From Verrucomicrobiota bacterium (GTDB lineage: Bacteria > Verrucomicrobiota > Verrucomicrobiia > Limisphaerales > SXQI01), in contig WBXJ01000003.1 in assembly GCA_008933045.1 (NCBI GenBank), positions 1-36,063 of the forward strand: 36,063 nt of DNA, read 5' to 3'. The notes beneath the pieces are model-generated. The model was given only the letters and a program-made list of their open reading frames with translations. It was not told the origin of the DNA and made no database searches. The translations under genes were made by a program, and so were the position numbers. How positions within the stretch are numbered: position 1 is the stretch's first letter; the number at the start of each line of letters is the position of its first letter. Positions 19,791 through 30,200 of the stretch are shown here, piece after piece.

Positions 19791-22700
19791 TTATCTGAGT
19801 TTCGTGACGCTCCCATCGAGTCGAATTCTCACTTCCAGAGCGGGAACCGGCAGTGTCGAGCGGGTTGTTTTGCCGCCCGGCCAGTGAACCTCGATTTGAT
19901 TCGCGCCGGCGGGCACGGAGATGACCTGAACGGCACTGTCCTGCGACCAATAGCCTGATCCGGCGTGAACCTCCCGCGCCGGGCCGAGTTTGGATTCATT
20001 TCCGACGCGCAAAATGGCCCCGACACCCAGGGCGTTGCCGGGCGGGCCTTCCAGCCGGACCCGCAGGCCGGGTTTTGCCAAGCGATTGTGCAGCAGCCGG
20101 GTCCGGGCCGAGTTCTGGGCCACCGCGATATCAACCCGACCATCCCCATCATAATCGCAGAGAGCGGTCCCGCGCTGCTCGCCATAGACAAGAATCCCGG
20201 ACTCCTGCCCCGGAACGGTGGTGAATCTCCCCGCGCCATCGCCGCGCAGCCACAGGCCGCGTCCCGCATCCTGGCGCGGTATTGAAAGTTCGACCCCAAA
20301 GAAATTCTGGCCCAGAAAAATGTCCTCGTTGCCGTCGCCATCCAGATCGCCCGCGTTGACCCCAAAGGCGGGGGCGAATTGGGCTTCGGCTGGAAGGGGG
20401 AGGGACTCAAAATGATCGCCGCGGTTTAGGAAAAGAGTCGTTTCCAGCATGTTCAGCCGGAGTTCCCCAAAGCTTTTCAATTTCTCCCTAAACATTTCCG
20501 CCAAACTCGATGAGCCGTACTCCTGATGCGAAGAAAACCGCTCGATCAAAAATGGGAAGGTCGCCATCATGGGTTTCCAGTCCCGCAAGGGGTAGAGTTT
20601 TTTGCTTTCAGCATCCTGGTAGGCCTCGAACAGCGCCATCGCCCCGCCGCTTTCCACAGCGGTGTAAAACAAGCGCGCTTCCCCCGCGATGGTCGCCTGA
20701 TATTTGGTGTTGCGACCCAAATTGGAGGCGAGGATATCCAGGCGCCCGTCTCCGTCGAAATCGCCGGTCGTGATCCCATTCCAGCAGCCGCGCCATTTAG
20801 AGAGCGATGGTTTCAAAGGATCTTCGCTCAATTTTCCTTTCTTGTTCCAGAAAATGTGGATGCCCCCCCAGTCTGTGGCCACCAGCAGTTCGGGAAAACC
20901 ATCCGCATCCAGATCGCTGAAAACGGCCCCGCTCGCCATACCGAGAGGGGCCAGCAGAAGGTCGCCCTCTTTGTCCGGCTGGAACCGTCCTGATTCGTTT
21001 CGGAAAAGATGGGAGTCGGCAGCTTGGGGAAACCTCCCCGGGATCACACGTCCCCCCACAAACAAATCCAGATCCCCATCCCCGTCGATGTCGGCCAGCG
21101 AAAGAGGCCCAACACTGGAGGAGCCCGATGGAAGTCCCTCGCCGGGCGTGATGCCGGCGCCGTTGATCTCAAATCGGCCGACCCCGTTCGTGACCCCTTC
21201 CTGATAGCTAGAAAGCCCGATGAACAGTGTGCTGGAACCGTTGGCGGCCGACCAACCGACGAGGCCGGTTTGGTCTCCGGGAGTGACTTGGTCTAGCGGG
21301 GCGGCTGACCAAGGCGAAAAGCCGCCCTTCCCGTCATTCAGGAAGAAGGCCGCGCGGCCCCCTTTCCCACTGCCGATCACTAAATCCTCCCAGCCATCGC
21401 CATTCAAATCCAGCCAAGCTAGGCCCGGCCCCAAGCCGCTGAGGCTTCGCGGCAGCAACGGCTCGCGCTCGAAATCATTGAAGGGCTCGTCAAAATGGGT
21501 GTGGTTCAGCAATTCGCTGGCGTCCTCAAATTGTGGGGGAGGGGAATTCCGAGAGGGTGGGGGAGTGCCAAGCGCGCCCGCCTCCGCGATTTCATAAACA
21601 CGGTTCGGGGTAGCGTTCGTGACCATGCTCGTGCTACCCCCGCGCCACACCACTCTGATTGTCATGGATTGGCTTTGCCTCGCCGCGAACATGCGCATGG
21701 CCTCATCGCTCGAAAGATAACGGCCCCCGCAGATGATCTCCTGACTTTGAGCGGGGAGAGGAGAGGCGGGTTCATTGGGTGTGACGCAAATTTTTGCGCC
21801 AATCCCGGCCGTGTTCTTTGGTTTGCCTTTTAGCCTCACCGCGACCCGGGGGAGGGTCGTGTCATTTCGGAAGAGTTCCGGCTCGCTGTTGAGGGTGGCG
21901 ACGATCACATCCATGTCCCCATCGTTGTCCAAATCGGCCAGGATCATGCCCTGCGAAACCGTTTTGCTGTCGAATCCCCAGCTTTTCCCGACTTCCTCGA
22001 AGGTCAGATCGCGCTTGTTTCGAAAAGCGCAATTTGGCGTTTCGAGTTTTGGGGTGGAGCGGCGCAGGTCGAGTTTTTCCTGCCGGGTCAGTTTCTTTTG
22101 AGCCTTGAGCGCTTCCAGTTTCTCGCCCACATCCATGTTTTGGCTGTCCGCAAAAAAGCCGTTGGAGACCAGCAGATCCTCGTATCCATCCAGATCGACA
22201 TCCAGCAGAATGGGAGTCCATGACCAGTCCGAGGACTCCAATCCCGCATAAAACGCAATCTCCGCAAAAGTGCCGTCCCCGCGCCCGAGGCCGACGGTGT
22301 TCATCAAATTTTGTGGCCTGCCGGGCAAATCCAGCTTCCCCCTGTTGATGGACGCCGTCATCCCAGCCTGAACCATTCTGTTGGCATGGTCGCGGGGCAG
22401 CATGTCCATCACGATGAAATCGTCGTGCCCATCCCGGTTGATATCCCCGAAGTCCACCCCCATGGAGAAGACGCTCGTTTTCCGAATGGCCGTTCTCGCA
22501 ATGGCCCGGAAATGCCCCTCGCCGTCGTTGATCCAGATTCGGTCCGGACTGAAAAAATCATTACAAACATAGATGTCGGGCGCCCCATCCCCATTTAGGT
22601 CGCGCATCATCACTGAGAGGCCCCAATCGTAGGGTGTTTTGCTCGGGGCTCCGTCCTCATCGCGAAATGCGCCACCCTGCCATGGCACGGCGGAAAATTT

Positions 22701-23519
22701 GCCCGTCCCATCATTCAGGAATAAGCTGTCCGGCTCGCCGTGCTCTGTTATTCCCGTGGTCGGGTTGTAGGTGAAACGCCCCACCAAATCCGGATCCGTC
22801 GTGGGCCTGCCGTCCACCATGGTTACGATAGTCCGCCCATTGGGCTCCTTGAGCATTCGAAACCGGGTGTCCGGCTCGTCGCGCAGGGTGGAGGAGCGAT
22901 AGTTCTCAACATATAAATCCAAATCCCCATCCCCATCCACATCCGCCAGGGCGAGAGAGGAGCCTCCCCTCGGGCTTTTAAGCTCCGGGCTGGCCGTCTC
23001 GAGAAAATGCCCTTTCCCATCATTCAAAAGGGTGGAAACACCTTTGCCGATACTGTTCACGATGAGATCCAGGTCGCCATCGCCATCCAGATCGGCCAGG
23101 GCGACGCCGGTCGCGCTTAACTTGGTGCAAGCCGCCCCCGACTGCGCCGTGATGTCTTGAAAGTGCCAGTTCCCCAAATTCCGGTAGAGGGCCCCGCCCC
23201 CCTCCAGCCGGGCAAAATAAAGATCGCACAGACCATCCCCGTCCACGTCGCCGGCGGCGACCCCCGACCCATTCTGATAGATGCTGTTTGTGACGGCCAG
23301 ATCCATCCGCAGAAAATTAGTGGCCACAATTCCCGTGATGCTGCCCGTCATTTTTGTAAAGCCGGTTTTTCCCTGGAGAGGAATCGGGAGGGTCGCGCTG
23401 CGAAAGCCATCGCCCTCCTGCCATTGCAAAGTCCCGGCGCCCGCCGGAGCGACACAAAACACGGACAAGAAAAACACGCCCAAAAGGCCCGAAAAACCGT
23501 GGAAAACGGATGATGGCAT
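19791..23519 (-). CDS. Secreted FG-GAP/VCBS-repeat protein with ASPIC-UnbV domains (CRTAC1 family), 1242 aa
   Basis: Signal peptide; many DxDGDGxxD Ca-binding blade repeats; SDWSW motif; ASPIC-UnbV-like segments VRLKG...N..GIGAKI..GGRYLSSD and VRLEG...N..GVGA..GSGYWSQD. Confidence 0.9.
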   Translation of the reverse strand: MPSSVFHGFSGLLGVFFLSVFCVAPAGAGTLQWQEGDGFRSATLPIPLQGKTGFTKMTGSITGIVATNFLRMDLAVTNSIYQNGSGVAAGDVDGDGLCDLYFARLEGGGALYRNLGNWHFQDITAQSGAACTKLSATGVALADLDGDGDLDLIVNSIGKGVSTLLNDGKGHFLETASPELKSPRGGSSLALADVDGDGDLDLYVENYRSSTLRDEPDTRFRMLKEPNGRTIVTMVDGRPTTDPDLVGRFTYNPTTGITEHGEPDSLFLNDGTGKFSAVPWQGGAFRDEDGAPSKTPYDWGLSVMMRDLNGDGAPDIYVCNDFFSPDRIWINDGEGHFRAIARTAIRKTSVFSMGVDFGDINRDGHDDFIVMDMLPRDHANRMVQAGMTASINRGKLDLPGRPQNLMNTVGLGRGDGTFAEIAFYAGLESSDWSWTPILLDVDLDGYEDLLVSNGFFADSQNMDVGEKLEALKAQKKLTRQEKLDLRRSTPKLETPNCAFRNKRDLTFEEVGKSWGFDSKTVSQGMILADLDNDGDMDVIVATLNSEPELFRNDTTLPRVAVRLKGKPKNTAGIGAKICVTPNEPASPLPAQSQEIICGGRYLSSDEAMRMFAARQSQSMTIRVVWRGGSTSMVTNATPNRVYEIAEAGALGTPPPSRNSPPPQFEDASELLNHTHFDEPFNDFEREPLLPRSLSGLGPGLAWLDLNGDGWEDLVIGSGKGGRAAFFLNDGKGGFSPWSAAPLDQVTPGDQTGLVGWSAANGSSTLFIGLSSYQEGVTNGVGRFEINGAGITPGEGLPSGSSSVGPLSLADIDGDGDLDLFVGGRVIPGRFPQAADSHLFRNESGRFQPDKEGDLLLAPLGMASGAVFSDLDADGFPELLVATDWGGIHIFWNKKGKLSEDPLKPSLSKWRGCWNGITTGDFDGDGRLDILASNLGRNTKYQATIAGEARLFYTAVESGGAMALFEAYQDAESKKLYPLRDWKPMMATFPFLIERFSSHQEYGSSSLAEMFREKLKSFGELRLNMLETTLFLNRGDHFESLPLPAEAQFAPAFGVNAGDLDGDGNEDIFLGQNFFGVELSIPRQDAGRGLWLRGDGAGRFTTVPGQESGILVYGEQRGTALCDYDGDGRVDIAVAQNSARTRLLHNRLAKPGLRVRLEGPPGNALGVGAILRVGNESKLGPAREVHAGSGYWSQDSAVQVISVPAGANQIEVHWPGGKTTRSTLPVPALEVRIRLDGSVTKLR

Positions 23520-23581
23520 CGGTTCCTAATCCTACAACCCAACCGGAATAACTCCATCTCTTTCTGAGACCCCCTTGTACG

Positions 23582-23611
23582 AAAAAGAGGCCGGGCCACC
23601 GGCCCGGCCTC
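23582..23611 (-). terminator. Intrinsic terminator after the 969-aa gene
   Basis: Perfect 11-bp stem GAGGCCGGGCC/GGCCCGGCCTC with a 3-nt loop, followed by TTTTT on the minus strand. Confidence 0.85.
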
Positions 23612-23635
23612 CGCGAAACATTTGCTCTCGTTGGA

Positions 23636-26545
23636 TTACTTGATCAAACGATAGAATTTGGCAGAGCCTGTGGCTGCGACGGTCGCGGTGCTCACCCCTC
23701 CGTTCACCACCACGGCGTCCGCCGCATTCTCGTAGCCACGGTCAACCGTGGCGGAGCTTTGTAGTTTGAATCCTGTGCCAGTCCAGGAAATGACGGCATT
23801 GGCTCCATCTTTCGCAATGCTCAGGATTGGAGCGGGTTCCGGAAGCCCGTAAGACCCAAACCCATGGATGTTTGAAACACTGTAATACGCCGGATTTTTG
23901 CCGCTTGTGTCCGTCATCCCGATGTAGCCAATTAAGACTTTTTCATTCAGGACGCTAGTGTGAGACCCGTCCGCCTCCCAAGTGACGCCGTCATAGGAGT
24001 AATAGAAGTTGAAGATATCTCCCGCTCTCCGGATGCGCAACCAGCGCGAGGCGTCAGGTGAGGTGTTGGGCATCTGCGCGCCCGAGGCGTCCGCAGTGAT
24101 CAGCCTTCCGAACCGGCCCTGCACACCATTGATCTTCGTGCCGGTCCCTATCGGACCGGTGTTGCCGTAACCGCCGCCTTCGTTGTCCCGCCAAATTCCA
24201 ATGGCGGTCCGTTCCTGGTTGGCCTCGGCATAGGTCGTGTACATCACGTGCTTAACTTTCGTTCCATTGGAGGTGTAATCCTCGTCCGGCAGGTAGAGCG
24301 AATTGCGCACCATCAGACCGGCGTGGCCGTAACTAGCGGTGCCGATGGACCGATCAAGGCGGTCCACCCCAACAACGACGTCGAAATCGCCGGTGACTTC
24401 CTTGTAAAGGAAGTGGCCGAAATCGCCAGCGTTCCAGAGGTTAGAGCCACCACCGATCACTTCCACTTCGATGTTGTCCCCGGAGGAAACGCCCACCGAC
24501 TGGCCCACCACGAAGGGATCGTCGCCGTCTTGCGAGCGGTTCTCTGGATCGAAGGCGCCAATATCGACTGCCTTCCAGTCGGAGGCTTTGGCCTGGACCG
24601 AGGAGTTCGCTGCGATCGTGTTGCCAGCCGCGTCTTTCACGCCGTTTACCTTGACCGTGAAGGTATCTGCGGTCAACCCGGTCACTGTCAGATGGACCGT
24701 GTTCACATTCAACCCTGATTTCACCGCTGTCACAGTGCCACCTGACACGATGAAATTGGCGGTTTGCAGGGAGGCCGCACTGGGGGCCTCAGAAAACTTC
24801 ACACCAATGGTTTTCTTGTCCAGAGTGCCGGCCGAGATCAGCGTGGGAGCGGTCGTGTCGCTGAGGTCGGTGTCCAAGAAGTTTTCGAACGTGGCTGTGC
24901 CGCCATACAGGCCGACCAGGAGGTCATCCGCCAGGTTGTTCATATAACGCTCGCTGATCAGGGACCATTGCTGGCCATTGATTCCTACGAAGGCCTGGAA
25001 GTTGTCCCCCACGCGCCGGAGCCGAATCCATTGATTGGGCAGGTTGTCGGCGACGCCACCATAGCCTCGCCCAAATTGGCCGAGCCCAGAAACATCATCC
25101 GCGATTCCGCGCAAGTTGATCTGGTCGGTCACCGAGATTCTGACCTGGATATCGTTGGGTTCGGCCCCAACCGAGGCCCTGAGGCCAACCTCTCCGGCGC
25201 TGACTGAGGTGATCTGAACCTTCTTGTCAAAATCACCCTTGATCGCGTAATAAGCAAAGTCATCGGCGATCGAGAATGAGTTCGGACCCGAGCTGATTGT
25301 GCCATTTCCCGCCCTCATCGGGAGCGTGATTCCGCTGGCCTGAGTGTTGGCGGCGATCGTGTTGCCAGCGACGTCCTTCACCCCGCTGATCTTGATCGAG
25401 TAGGGCCCAACGGCAACCCCGGTCACAGTCAAATGAACCGTCTTTTTGTCGACGGCGAGAGCGGCGGCCACAACCTGCCCTCCACCCACTAAGGTGTAAT
25501 TTTCGGCTTTGTCGGTGGTGTTCTGGTTCATCAAACCATCAAACGCGATGCTGATGCTGTCAATAAAACCGCCGGTGCGATCCACCGTTGGGCCGAAATT
25601 GTCGAGTTTGACGCCCAGATTCACCGTGGAGCTTGTCGTCGAAGAGCCCGGGATGGAGACCACAACCTTGATCTTGCTCTGGTCGTCGGCCAGACTCAAC
25701 TGTGCGATTTTGAAAGTCGCGCTGTTCGCCCCGGGCACAGCCACATTATTCACAAACCATTGGTAACTGACGTCGTCCGAATTGATTTGGGTGTTGCCGG
25801 AGAACCCGAGCGCGACCACCGTGAAAGTGGCCGGCAGGTTTTCAACCGTGTCCATGGCGACCGGTCCCACGCGGATCTCCACCGTCGGATTCGGATAGGT
25901 GAAGTTACCATAGCCGCTGTAAAGCGCTTGTCCGCCTCCATTCGCCGTCGCAAAACCGATCAGCCCGTCAGTCGGGATATCAATCGAGCCCTTCCCAAAG
26001 GACATCCAAGTGAGCCCATCCGCGCTCAGGAAAGCCGAGAATTGGTTGCCCTGCCGTTTGAGGCGCAGGTAATTGTTCGGGGGAAGGTACTTTGTGCTCG
26101 AGAGCCAATTGTTGAACGGGGGATTGGCCCAGTAGAAACCCCCATTGTCCACGGTCCTGATGTGAAAGCCATGGAGCGTGTTTCCCGGTAATTGGCCGCC
26201 ATAAGTTGTGTTGTAAGCCGTCTGACTGCTCGGATCAAGGCTCGACCGAAACATCAGTCCATTCCGGTTGCTGGGCTGGGTGATGCTTTTAATTTGGACT
26301 TTTTTGTCGAAATCGCCGCTGATGGGCTCGTAGACAAAAGTGAAATTGTCGGCTGTCCCCCAAATGTCTGATCCGCCCCCCGTGACCAGAATCTCATCGG
26401 GATTTGTGATGTCCGCTGTGCCGGTAGCATTATTATCGCCAATGTTTGCCGTGGTGAACTCCGCCTGCAGGGGCGGGCTGACTACCGCTGTCAGGATCAC
26501 AGCCGCAAGGGCTATGACAACTGATGTCAATTTCGTTTTTTTCAT
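23636..26545 (-). CDS. Large secreted modular protein: three ConA-like (DUF1349-type) domains, Ig and Big_5-like domains, C-terminal beta domain
   Basis: Signal peptide ending LQA. Three repeats of ..GDFD..V....GL..R....W/YLRL.R.G..F......G..W; an Ig domain with SYQWFVN; two repeats ending GVKD[VA]AGNTIAAN; C-terminus ISWTGTGFKLQSS...KFYRLIK. Confidence 0.8.
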   Translation of the reverse strand: MKKTKLTSVVIALAAVILTAVVSPPLQAEFTTANIGDNNATGTADITNPDEILVTGGGSDIWGTADNFTFVYEPISGDFDKKVQIKSITQPSNRNGLMFRSSLDPSSQTAYNTTYGGQLPGNTLHGFHIRTVDNGGFYWANPPFNNWLSSTKYLPPNNYLRLKRQGNQFSAFLSADGLTWMSFGKGSIDIPTDGLIGFATANGGGQALYSGYGNFTYPNPTVEIRVGPVAMDTVENLPATFTVVALGFSGNTQINSDDVSYQWFVNNVAVPGANSATFKIAQLSLADDQSKIKVVVSIPGSSTTSSTVNLGVKLDNFGPTVDRTGGFIDSISIAFDGLMNQNTTDKAENYTLVGGGQVVAAALAVDKKTVHLTVTGVAVGPYSIKISGVKDVAGNTIAANTQASGITLPMRAGNGTISSGPNSFSIADDFAYYAIKGDFDKKVQITSVSAGEVGLRASVGAEPNDIQVRISVTDQINLRGIADDVSGLGQFGRGYGGVADNLPNQWIRLRRVGDNFQAFVGINGQQWSLISERYMNNLADDLLVGLYGGTATFENFLDTDLSDTTAPTLISAGTLDKKTIGVKFSEAPSAASLQTANFIVSGGTVTAVKSGLNVNTVHLTVTGLTADTFTVKVNGVKDAAGNTIAANSSVQAKASDWKAVDIGAFDPENRSQDGDDPFVVGQSVGVSSGDNIEVEVIGGGSNLWNAGDFGHFLYKEVTGDFDVVVGVDRLDRSIGTASYGHAGLMVRNSLYLPDEDYTSNGTKVKHVMYTTYAEANQERTAIGIWRDNEGGGYGNTGPIGTGTKINGVQGRFGRLITADASGAQMPNTSPDASRWLRIRRAGDIFNFYYSYDGVTWEADGSHTSVLNEKVLIGYIGMTDTSGKNPAYYSVSNIHGFGSYGLPEPAPILSIAKDGANAVISWTGTGFKLQSSATVDRGYENAADAVVVNGGVSTATVAATGSAKFYRLIK

Positions 26546-26679
26546 ATTGTTTTCTCTGCAATCAGGCGGAGCTACAGAGCCAAGTCGATATGGCTTCTCA
26601 CACGTCTCGAGTGTGGATTATTGTCTGCAGTTCAACAGGATTGTTTCGATACACTAAGAATAAAATTACCCCGTGAAAA

Positions 26680-26697
26680 GTCACCAGTTATGGTGAC
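26680..26697. promoter_or_regulatory. Perfect inverted repeat GTCACCA-GTTA-TGGTGAC, candidate operator
   Basis: 7-4-7 palindrome ~135 bp upstream of the 969-aa gene and 27 bp from the right junction repeat. Confidence 0.35.
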
Positions 26698-26724
26698 GTA
26701 ACAAGTCAATCGGCTTCGACGAGT

Positions 26725-26738
26725 CGGGCCAAACCGTC
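26725..26738 (+). repeat. Right junction direct repeat CGGGCCAAaCCGTC
   Basis: Partner of 19298..19311, offset 7427 bp. Confidence 0.85.
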
Positions 26739-26996
26739 ACCGTCCACTACACAGGTTGGTTCACCGACGGATCCAAATTTGATTCCTCGGTGGATCGCGA
26801 TGATCCTTTTACGTTTCTTCTTGGGGCAGGGCAGGTCATTGCCGGTTGGGATCAATCCGTTGCCACTCTCCGCGTCGGTGACCACATCAAGGTCACAATT
26901 CCTCCCCACCTAGCCTACGGAGCCGCAGGGTATCCGGGTGCGATTCCTCCCAACTCGACCCTCGTTTTCGAGATTCAGCTGCTGGCCGTCGCTTAA
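26727..26996 (+). pseudogene. 3' fragment of the interrupted FKBP-type PPIase gene
   Basis: Reads GQTVTVHYTGWFTDGSKFDSSVDRDDPFTFLLGAGQVIAGWD...IPPHLAYG..G.PG.IPPNSTLVFEIQLL. There is an in-frame TGA at 26694 and no start codon between it and the FKBP sequence. Confidence 0.92.
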
Positions 26997-27240
26997 GGAG
27001 CTTTTCTCAGAGGGGTGGGGTAACCATTTTTGGGTCGAAAATTTTGTCACATTTCTGTTGCACAATTGTCGCTGGACAGCTTTACTTAAATTGTCCCTTA
27101 ACAATATGTGTTCCGATAGCAGCTTAAACCCTAGCTTGTGGCGCAGAGTCTCTGAATCTTGTGGGTGCTTGATTCGATGGGCTTCTGTGGCCTTTTTTAG
27201 GTTAAACCCAGCTGCTCAGGAATTCTTCCCAAAGACTCAT

Positions 27241-30200
27241 ATGCGAAATAATCAACCCGTTGGTTTTGGTCCACAAAGTGGATCCACTCCGACACTTCTA
27301 CCCTCCTTTGCGCGGATGTTTTCCGCGTTGAGGGCCAAGAGTGGCCGCGTTGGACGGCTTCTCACAGTCGCCTCCAGTGTCAGTCTTTTGACTGGCCTGA
27401 GCGCTCAAGCCGCCATTTACAGCAATAACTTCGACGCCGGACTCGGTGACGCAGTCGTTGCAGGTAGTGCCTATCATATGGCCACCGGCGGAATCGATAA
27501 CACCGGCTATGTAAGTGTTACGGATGCAGTGAATAGCCAACAGGGCATGTTCGTGCTTCCTGAATTTACAAATGGCGAATTGGTCAGTGGTTTCAAAGCC
27601 ACCTTTAAGGTTCAAATCGGCGGTGGAACTTCTCGTGCTGCCGACGGTATGGCGTTTGCGTTCAGTTCCTCGATCGATGAAGGTTCGACCTTCGGTGAAG
27701 AAGGTCCTGCGGGAGCCGCTCTGATTGTTTCTTTTGATACTTGGGATAACAACGGTACCGATACCGCTCCTTCAATTGACATCAAGGTCAATGGAAATGA
27801 CGATGCTAGTATTGTTGCTACCACTTGGTTAGCGGGTGAACGTGAAGGTGGTCGCACACGTCCGAGTGCCATCTTCAAAGATCCACTTGGCAAGGAAGTT
27901 AGTCTGATGACGACCGGTTGGGCTGATGTCAGCATCGAAGTGAAGGACAACGTCCTGAGCGTGTCCTACAAAGGCGTCGAGACCGTGAAGGGTGTGGTTG
28001 TCGCGTTTCCTCCTACAGCGGGTCGCTTCGCTTTCGGTGCTCGCACCGGTGGTGCTAATGCGAACCAATGGGTGGACAGCCTGCGGATTGAAACCTATCC
28101 TATCACTCCGGGTCTTGCTGGGTTTTCCTATACTCCGGATGGTCTGACATTCAAACTGAACGACATCTCCGGTCAAAAGGTTGATCCCGCCTCTGTATCT
28201 GTCAAAATGGACGGATCAGATGTAGCGATCACCACGTCAAAAGCTGGGGATTTCACCACGGGTGTGTATGCAGGCTCAACACTCTTCCCTGCTGGAAGCA
28301 GCCATAGCGCCACCGTGACCTTCAGCTATGGCACTCCTGCTAAGACAAAATCAATCACATTGCCAGGCACAATTCCCAGCTATGCGGTGTTGGATGCCGC
28401 CAATGTAATCCCTGCTTCCAAAGTGGATAAAACCAGCTCTGGGTTCACAGCGTATGTCCATCGGGCTCGTCAAGATGCCGGTTTGCCCAATGACACGGCT
28501 CGTACTGAAGCCCAATTGCGCGGGTTCCTAGTCGATCCTCAAACGGGTGCTCCCTATGAGAATTTGGCTGACGACGCGGCGGTGGGTGCCGATCAAACCT
28601 CCCTCGGTAATCGCCGGTTCACTCTTCCTGTGATCAACTTGGATCAGAACGCGGCGGATCAAGGAAACTTCCAGTCTACCTCGGATCCGAGCCGACCTGA
28701 AAGCCAGTTCCCCGGTCTTGACCCCAGTATTCCCGGTGGAGAGTTGGAGAACTTTGCGGACGAATTCATTGGCTTCTTAGAATTGCCAAAAGGCGTCATC
28801 CGCATGGGTGTCAACAGCGACGACGGTTTCTTGGTCACCAGTGGTGCTGATCCTCGTAATCCTTCGGCAACGAAATTAGGTGAGTTCCAAGGAGGCCGTG
28901 GAGCTTCCGATACGATCTTCAATGTTTACGTGCCAGTGGCGGGCATTTATGCCTTCCGTGTGATTCATGAAGAAGGCGGCGGCGGAGCCAACTGTGAATT
29001 CTTCACAATCAAGGCCGATGGAACCAAAGTCCTCGTGAATGATCCCGAGGTTGCTGGAGCCATCAAATCCTACCGCATTGCAACTCTCAGCACCACCGCA
29101 CCTGCTTACTTTGCAGGATCCATCCCAGGGAATAATTCGAATACATCCCGCCAACCCAGCTTCCGTGTTGGTTTGTCGGATTCCGGCACCAAAGTGGTCA
29201 AAAGTTCCATCAAGGTCAGCCTTGATGGTGTTGACATTACCTCTGGCGCAACGGTCACACAAGTTGCGGGCGACACGACCATCACTTACTCAACCACTGC
29301 GCTTCTTCCTTACGGATCCGCTCATGCGTTGGTTGTCACTTGGTCTGATAATGGTTCACCCGCTAAGGCGAACGTAAATACCGTTAACTTCAATGTGGGT
29401 GGCGGCGTGGTGATGAAAGTTTATCGCGACATTAATGGCGGAGGAGTCGGCGACCTGACCAATTCAGAAAAATTCATCAGCAATGCCCCAGATGAAGTTT
29501 CTGAAGTGGGAAGCATGGAACATCTAGCTCTTGGTGACAATTACGGATCCGAAATGCTCGGCTATTTCGTTCCTGACCATGATGATACCTATACCTTCTA
29601 TCTGTCCTCAGACGACGGTTCAACGCTATGGCTCTCGACCGATGAAAGCCCAGCCAACGTGGTTCGTATTGGTAATCAGGGCGGTTGGAATGGTGACCGC
29701 GAATGGGTCAGCGGTGGCGATGCTGCCGCGCGTCAATCGCCTCCGATTGCTCTGAAAAAGGGCAGCCGTTACTTCATGTATGCCTTGCAAAAAGAAGGCG
29801 GCGGCGGAGACAGTCTCTCGGTGGCATTTACCGATCTGACCACCAAAACCACGATCGTGAACGGCGACGCGGCAATCTCCAAGCAGATGCAGCCCTTCAC
29901 CGGTGCTGGTTTCTCTGCATCACCAAAATCGGCGACCGTCAGCAAGGGCCTGACTTATTCGGCAAGTGCTCGCGCCATTAGTGCTACGGCAGGTGCCATT
30001 AGCTATCAATGGATGCGCAACGGTTCCCCGATCTCCGGCGCGACCAGTCCAGACTATACCATCGCAGCAGTCGCCTTCCCTGGTGACAACGGTGCTAAAT
30101 TCACCGTGGTTGCTACAGTGGGTGCTATCACAGCAACCAGTGCGGAAGCCGTCCTGACCGTGGTTGACGACAACGCCGCTCCTGTTGTTGCCTCTGCTTA

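Larger units (their letters stand above)
19306..26724. mobile_element. ~7.4 kb islet inserted in the FKBP gene; no integrase or transposase encoded
   Basis: Separates two in-frame halves of one gene, has a direct repeat at both junctions, looks GC-richer than the flanks by spot counts, and begins with a truncated gene. Confidence 0.7.

Noticed and set aside
19829-26657. Numerous 60-190 aa overlapping ORFs within the islet
   Set aside because: They are shadow frames of GC-rich long genes and carry no motifs.
19306-26724. IS, transposon, intron or intein explanation for the islet
   Set aside because: No transposase, reverse transcriptase or homing endonuclease ORF and no terminal inverted repeats were found; the cargo is two large antisense secreted-protein genes.
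26790-26996. 68-aa ORF as a stand-alone FKBP
   Set aside because: It starts at an internal GTG and lacks the VHYTG and FDSS strands needed for the fold.
26938-27240. First 101 codons of the 1829-aa ORF
   Set aside because: They overlap the FKBP 3' end and an AT-rich intergenic region, and would bury the signal peptide.
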